NCBI GenBank assembly: GCA_031416315.1
Contig: JANOTL010000181.1
Location: forward strand, 1-21,260
Direction of reading: 5' to 3'
DNA from: Pseudomonadota bacterium
GTDB taxonomy: Bacteria; Bdellovibrionota_B; Oligoflexia; Oligoflexales; CAIYRB01
DNA length: 21,260 bases
Numbering within the stretch: position 1 is the first letter of the stretch; each line of letters opens with the position of its first letter. Positions 16,715 to 21,260 of the stretch are shown here, piece after piece. The position numbers and the translations under genes were made by a program. The notes under the pieces are model-generated. The model had not been told where the DNA came from, did no database searches, and saw nothing but the letters and a program-made list of their open reading frames with translations.

Positions 16715-17602
16715 ATGAGCGCCAAAACCGTCTCCACCTCCGTCAGCCCTTTCCGCCGCGCCTTGCGCGGCTTCAAGACGCACAAGCCCGGCATGTTCGG
16801 GCTCGCCGTCGTCGTCTTTTTCATCGTCCTCGCGGCGGTCGCGCCGCTCCTGTCGCCGGCGGATCCGTTCGCGCAGAACGCGCAGCTGAAGTTCACGCCG
16901 CCCCTTTGGCAGGAAGGCGGCATCTGGCCGCATGTGTTCGGCACCGACATTCTCGGTCGCGACGTCCTCTCGCGACTTTTGCACGGCGCGCGCCTTTCGC
17001 TCATGATCGGCTTCATCGCCGTCCTCGTCGGCGCGAGCGTCGGCATTCCGCTCGGCATGGCCTCGGGATTCGTCGGCGGCAAGGTCGACACCGTCATCAT
17101 GCGTCTCATCGACGTCATGCTGGCCTTTCCCTCCATTCTCCTCGCCGTCTGCATTGTCGCGATCCTCGGGCCGTCCCTCGAGAACGCGATGGTCGCGATC
17201 GGCATCGTCGCGATCCCGACCTATGCGCGCGTCGTGCGCGCCTCGGTCATTGCGGAGAAGGAGCGCGAGTACGTCACCGCCGACATCGCCATGGGCAAGG
17301 GTAAGATGTCGATCCTCTTCGGCGCGATTCTGCCCAACGTCTATTCGCCACTTCTCGTCATCGCCACTTTGAGCTTCGCAGGCGCGGTCCTCGAGGCCGC
17401 CGGCCTCTCCTTCATCGGCCTCGGCGCCCAACCGCCGACGCCGGAATGGGGCGCGCTCCTCTTCGAGGGCAAGGCCTATGTCTTCAACGCTCCGTGGCTC
17501 ATTATGTTCCCGGGGATGGCGATCCTTTTCACCGTGATCGGCTTCAACCTGTTCGGCGATGCGCTGCGGGACGTGTTTGATCCGAAGTCGACGCGGCGGT
17601 AG
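16715..17602 (+). CDS. dppC: Peptide ABC transporter permease
   Basis: C-terminal part of the 15635..17602 track ORF from ATG 16715: HVFGTDILGRDVLSRLLHGARLSL, IMRLIDVMLAFPSILLA, GLSFIGLGAQPPTPEWG, FNLFGDALRDVFDPK. Confidence 0.95.
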   Translation: MSAKTVSTSVSPFRRALRGFKTHKPGMFGLAVVVFFIVLAAVAPLLSPADPFAQNAQLKFTPPLWQEGGIWPHVFGTDILGRDVLSRLLHGARLSLMIGFIAVLVGASVGIPLGMASGFVGGKVDTVIMRLIDVMLAFPSILLAVCIVAILGPSLENAMVAIGIVAIPTYARVVRASVIAEKEREYVTADIAMGKGKMSILFGAILPNVYSPLLVIATLSFAGAVLEAAGLSFIGLGAQPPTPEWGALLFEGKAYVFNAPWLIMFPGMAILFTVIGFNLFGDALRDVFDPKSTRR

Positions 17603-17669
17603 TCTAGGCGGAAGTTTTTTACTGCAAGGACGGGATCTCGAGGCGGGATCCCCAGAGAGGAAATCGGCC

Positions 17670-18524
17670 GTGAGCCTCGCCCTTTACGCCCGCGCCGCCG
17701 CCAGCTCCCTTCGCCACCTCGGCCGTAGCAGCAAGACCGCGCCACAAGACGTACCCGAGCTCGCGACCGAGCTACCAGCCGCGGTACCCGCGCCTCGGCA
17801 GCTCACCGCCTTGCGCACGCTCTTCGGCAGCGAAGACGACGGACTGGTCTCGCCGGTCTGGCCCTACGTTGCGAGTTTTCCTGCGCATCTCGCGCACCTT
17901 GCCGACCCGCGATTTCCCCTGCCGCTCATGGGCACGATCCACATTCGCACGCACTTGCACCAGCGTCGCCCCTTGTTGGCGACGGAGACCTTGCGCCTCG
18001 TCGCGAAGCTCGCGAACGCTCGCGAAGGCGTGAAGGGACTCGAGTTCGACCTTGTCACTGAGACATTCGCCGAAGGCGACTCTAGCCCGGTCCACGTCAC
18101 GACAGCGACGATGTTGCGGCGCAGCGGCAAGGAGCCGCCGCCGCGGACGGGCGTCGACCGGCCCGCCCTCGACGGCATCGGCGCCAAGAACACGGTCCTC
18201 TCGACCACGCCGCTGGACGCGCGCCGCTTCGCCCAGGTCTCCGGTGACATCAATCCGATCCATCTGTCAGCGGTGACCGCGCGGCTCTTCGGCTTTCGCG
18301 GCATGGTGCTCCACGGCATGTGGAGCGTCGGCAAGATCGCGGCACTGCATCGCGCCGTCTTCGCGCGCGACGCCGCGTCGATGAGCTGCGACTTCAAGTT
18401 GCCGATCCTCGTGCCGGCGCGCCTCGTCTACCGGAGCTGGCCGGAGGCGGAGAAGCATCACTTCCGCCTGCTCGACGCCAAGGCGGAAAAACCGCACGCC
18501 ATCGGCGTCCTGCAACCGCACTGA
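17670..18524 (+). CDS. MaoC/hydratase-2 family double-hotdog (R)-specific dehydratase (HtdX-like)
   Basis: DPRFPLPLMGTIH and catalytic motif RRFAQVSGDINPIHLS...ARLFGF...HGMWS; FKLPILVP. Start placed at GTG 17670 (GAGAGG upstream). Confidence 0.88.
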   Translation: MSLALYARAAASSLRHLGRSSKTAPQDVPELATELPAAVPAPRQLTALRTLFGSEDDGLVSPVWPYVASFPAHLAHLADPRFPLPLMGTIHIRTHLHQRRPLLATETLRLVAKLANAREGVKGLEFDLVTETFAEGDSSPVHVTTATMLRRSGKEPPPRTGVDRPALDGIGAKNTVLSTTPLDARRFAQVSGDINPIHLSAVTARLFGFRGMVLHGMWSVGKIAALHRAVFARDAASMSCDFKLPILVPARLVYRSWPEAEKHHFRLLDAKAEKPHAIGVLQPH

Positions 18525-18553
18525 ATCGATTCGCCACCCCGGGAGCCTTGACC

Positions 18554-19939
18554 ATGGCTGATTACCTCCTCGACCTTTCGATGAATCCGCTGGCGAAGCG
18601 CCTCGTCCGCCAGCTGAAGCTGCCGATTCCTCTGCCCGAGCCCTTGCGTCGCGCCAAGGGACCGCTCGCCGCCGAGCCGCTCTCGGGACAGCGCGTCCTC
18701 CTCGGCACGTGCGCCTCGCATTCGCCCTTCACCGCCCTGCTCACGAAGCTCTGCACCGACGCCGGCGCCACCGTCTCGGAGGAGCTTGCCGCGCCCGCGG
18801 CCGAAGTGCGAAGCGACATCTTGCTCTTCGACGCCAGCGCCGCGAAAAGTCCAGCCGAGCTCGACGCGCTCTATGATTTCATGCGGCCACGCCTCGCCTC
18901 GCTCAACGCCTGCGGCCGCGTCCTCGTCATCGGCGCCGGCGCCGCCGGGCTCGAGCCGGTCGCCGCGGCCTGCGCGCAGGCGCTCGTGGGCTTCACGAAA
19001 AGCCTGGCGAAGGAGCTCGGCCGCCGCGGCGCCACGGCGCAAACGCTGTTCGTCGATCCCGAAGCGCACGACGCGCGTTGGCTCGCGACGCCGCTCGCCT
19101 ACCTTCTCGGCCGTCGCAGCGCCTTCGTTTCGGGCCAGGCGCTCGAGCTCGTCTTGCCCGCCGCGCCCGACGCCTCGCCGCAGATCATGCCGCGCACGCA
19201 GGTGCTGAAGGGCAAGATCGCGCTCGTCACAGGCGCCGCGCACGGCATCGGTGCCGCCATTTGCCAGACGCTTGCGCTCGAAGGCGCCAAGGTCGTCTGC
19301 CTCGATCGCCCGTCCGAAGAAGCGGCGACCGCGACGGTGGCGCGCGCCGCCGACGGCGTCGCCTACGGCTTCGACCTCCTCGATCCGGACGCGCCGCGCA
19401 AGATCGCCCAACGCCTTTCCACCGACTTCGGTGCGATCGACATCGTGGTCCACAACGCCGGCATCACGCGCGACAAGACGCTCGCGCGCATGGCGCCGGA
19501 ATGGTGGCGCGACGTGCTCGCGATTAACCTGCAGGCGCCACTCGCCCTCACGACCTTGCTCACTGGCCGGGAGAAGCTCTTGAACTCCGGCGGGCGCCTC
19601 ATTTACCTGTCCTCGATCGGCGGGATCGCCGGCAACGCCGGCCAGACCAACTACGCGGCCGCAAAAGCGGGGCTCATGGGCTACGTCCGCGCCCTCGCGC
19701 CCGAATTGGCGCCGCGCGGGATCACCGTGAACGCCGTTGCGCCGGGGTTCATCGACACGCGCATGACGCGCGCGATGCCGGCGGGCATGCGCGAGGTGGC
19801 GCGACGTTTCAACGCCCTGAGCCAGGCCGGCGAGCCATCGGACGTCGCCGCCGCCGCCTGCTTCCTCGCCGAGCCCGGCGCCGCGGCGATCACCGGTCAA
19901 ACCTTGCGCGTTTGCGGCCAGAACCTGATCGGAGCCTGA
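18554..19939 (+). CDS. fabG: High-molecular-weight 3-oxoacyl reductase (FabG4-like SDR)
   Basis: GGAG before ATG 18554; N-terminal extra domain (LPEPLRR...LVGFTKSLAKEL...SAFVSGQ) then SDR motifs VTGAAHGIG, HNAGITRDKTLARM, GQTNYAAAKAG, NAVAPGFIDTRMT, LRVCGQNLIGA; 461 aa. Confidence 0.9.
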   Translation: MADYLLDLSMNPLAKRLVRQLKLPIPLPEPLRRAKGPLAAEPLSGQRVLLGTCASHSPFTALLTKLCTDAGATVSEELAAPAAEVRSDILLFDASAAKSPAELDALYDFMRPRLASLNACGRVLVIGAGAAGLEPVAAACAQALVGFTKSLAKELGRRGATAQTLFVDPEAHDARWLATPLAYLLGRRSAFVSGQALELVLPAAPDASPQIMPRTQVLKGKIALVTGAAHGIGAAICQTLALEGAKVVCLDRPSEEAATATVARAADGVAYGFDLLDPDAPRKIAQRLSTDFGAIDIVVHNAGITRDKTLARMAPEWWRDVLAINLQAPLALTTLLTGREKLLNSGGRLIYLSSIGGIAGNAGQTNYAAAKAGLMGYVRALAPELAPRGITVNAVAPGFIDTRMTRAMPAGMREVARRFNALSQAGEPSDVAAAACFLAEPGAAAITGQTLRVCGQNLIGA

Positions 19940-19940
19940 G

Positions 19941-20831
19941 ACGAGTCTCTCCCCTATCGACTTTTTCGTCGTCCCGGTCGGCGCCGTCGCCGGCCTTTTC
20001 GGCAGCCTCCTCGGGCTCGGCGGCGGCTGGCTGGCGACGCCGTCTTTGGCGCTCCTCGGACTCCCGGCCGCGCACGCGGTCGGGACGAGCTTGGCCGCGA
20101 TGGTCCCGGCCTCGGCGCACGGCGTCTTACGCCACTGGCGTGCCGGCCGCATCGCGCCCCGCAACGCGCTCCTTCTCGGAATTCCGGCCTCGGCAGGAGT
20201 CGAGATCGCGCGGCGCGCGCATGCGGCGCTCGCGGCGGCCGGCATGGGCGAGCTCGCCTGGACGGCCGCCTTCGTGGTGCTCCTCGTCGGGCTCCTCGCG
20301 ACAGTCCACGCCAAGGGCGCAAAAGGAGCGACGTCGGCGCCGGCGCAATTCCGCAACCTCCCGGTTCCCCCGATGCTCGCCTTGGGCTTTGCCGCCGGAC
20401 TCCTCAGCGGCTTCCTCGGCATTGGGGGCGGCATCCTTATCGTCCCCGTCTTGACGCGCCGCTACCGCGTCCCATGGCTCGAGGCCGCCGCCGCCAGCCT
20501 CTCGAGCATCGCTATCTCCGCGACGGTCGGAGCCATCACGTTCGCGTTCGCCGGCATGATCTCCGTGCCACACGCGGCCCTCATCGCCGTCGGGATGATC
20601 GCCGGCTCCGAGCTCGGCAGCCGCGTCGCGCCCTTCACGACGGAGCGACTGCTCGCCAAGTCGTTCGTCGCGCTAGCTGCCACTACGGGCGTCGCGCTCG
20701 TGCTCATGCGCCTCGCGCTTCCCGTGACCGCGCGCGTCGTGCTCTACGGTGTTGCGCTGACGATGACTGCGGTGCTGCTCGTTTCGGTGCGCAGCGTCTC
20801 CGTTTCCAAACGAAAAGAGCCGGGGAGCTAA
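19941..20831 (+). CDS. TauE/SafE (TSUP) family sulfite exporter-like membrane protein
   Basis: Two repeats of the family motif: GAVAGLFGSLLGLGGG (upstream of the track start 20046, in frame) and GFAAGLLSGFLGIGGGILIVP; also HAVGTSL. Start inferred at ACG 19941, 6 nt after GGAG. Confidence 0.8.
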   Translation, partial: TSLSPIDFFVVPVGAVAGLFGSLLGLGGGWLATPSLALLGLPAAHAVGTSLAAMVPASAHGVLRHWRAGRIAPRNALLLGIPASAGVEIARRAHAALAAAGMGELAWTAAFVVLLVGLLATVHAKGAKGATSAPAQFRNLPVPPMLALGFAAGLLSGFLGIGGGILIVPVLTRRYRVPWLEAAAASLSSIAISATVGAITFAFAGMISVPHAALIAVGMIAGSELGSRVAPFTTERLLAKSFVALAATTGVALVLMRLALPVTARVVLYGVALTMTAVLLVSVRSVSVSKRKEPGS

Positions 20832-20839
20832 TCCCCGGC
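20813..20839 (-). terminator. Intrinsic terminator at the convergent tauE / Tyr-Gly gene junction
   Basis: 8-bp stem GCCGGGGA/TCCCCGGC (20819-20839), 5-nt loop, followed on the minus strand by TCTTTTCGTTT; second hairpin CCTGCT-N6-AGCAGG at 20845-20862. Confidence 0.6.
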
Positions 20840-20871
20840 CCGTACCTGCTTATGACAGCAGGATCGTCGAA

Positions 20872-21260
20872 TCAGTAGCTCTTGCCGCCGCCGTAGGACG
20901 AGCCGCCGCCGTAGGACGAGCCGCCGCCGTAGGACGAGCCGCCGCCGTAGGTGTTGCCGTATGCCGAGCCGTAGTTGGAGAACGAACGGCGGAACGGGCG
21001 ATAGCAAGAATACGAGTAGCCGCCGTAGTTATAGGTCGACGGACGATAGCTACCGTAGCTCCAGTAGTTGTTGCCGGAGTAGAGGACCGGGCGAACCGAG
21101 TACGATTGCGCGTAGCCGCCGCCGTAGGACGAGCCGCCGCCGTAGCTGTTGCCGCCGTAGGACGAGCCGCCGCCGTAGCTGTTGCCGCCGTAGGACGAGC
21201 CGCCGCCGTAGCTGTTGCCGCCGTAGGACGAGCCGCCGCCGTAGCTGTTGCCGCCGTAGG
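20872..21260 (-). CDS. Partial (5' end outside window) Tyr/Gly/Ser-rich low-complexity repeat protein
   Basis: Manual translation: (YGGNSYGGGSS)x4-YGGGYAQSYSVRPVLYSGNNYWSYGSYRPSTYNYGGYSYSCYRPFRRSFSNYGSAYGNT-(YGGGSS)x3-YGGGKSY-stop (TGA 20874-20872); codons TAC/GGC/AAC/AGC fit the host bias; terminator follows. Confidence 0.8.
   Translation of the reverse strand, partial: YGGNSYGGGSSYGGNSYGGGSSYGGNSYGGGSSYGGNSYGGGSSYGGGYAQSYSVRPVLYSGNNYWSYGSYRPSTYNYGGYSYSCYRPFRRSFSNYGSAYGNTYGGGSSYGGGSSYGGGSSYGGGKSY
20884..20951. repeat. 18-bp tandem repeat (encodes YGGGSS on the minus strand)
   Basis: GCCGCCGCCGTAGGACGA x3 perfect plus a partial copy. Confidence 0.95.
21118..21260. repeat. 33-bp tandem repeat (encodes NSYGGGSSYGG on the minus strand)
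   Basis: GCCGCCGTAGGACGAGCCGCCGCCGTAGCTGTT x4 perfect plus a partial copy running off the window end. Confidence 0.95.

Noticed and set aside
20884..21260. Possible CRISPR array
   Set aside because: Repeats are head-to-tail with no unique spacers, unit lengths are multiples of 3 and in frame, and no cas genes are present.

Overview
High-GC bacterial chromosomal window; the gene content (Cys-rich Gly/Thr lipoprotein, secreted beta-rich protein, possible sigma28 site) suggests a Bdellovibrionota/Oligoflexia- or deltaproteobacteria-like organism, which is inference only. Left: a minus-strand four-gene operon (MoxR AAA+ ATPase, DUF58, BatA/VWA-DUF4159 fusion, VWA plus glutamine-amidotransferase-like membrane protein), preceded by a Cys-rich lipoprotein with its own terminator. 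A divergent AT-rich region with an IHF-consensus site leads to a Flp-type prepilin, a small Trp/Cys-rich ORF and a DUF503-like gene, then a secreted two-domain protein. Middle: a pseudo-REC/degenerate-GGDEF/EAL phosphodiesterase and pta are divergent around a perfect DnaA box. Right: dppABC (no ATPase genes; a long periodic hairpin after dppA), MaoC-like dehydratase, FabG4-like reductase, a TauE/SafE exporter that appears to start at ACG, and the 3' end of a Tyr/Gly/Ser tandem-repeat protein missed by the ORF track. No rRNA, tRNA, CRISPR or mobile element was seen. All family calls are from motif recognition by eye; no searches were run.
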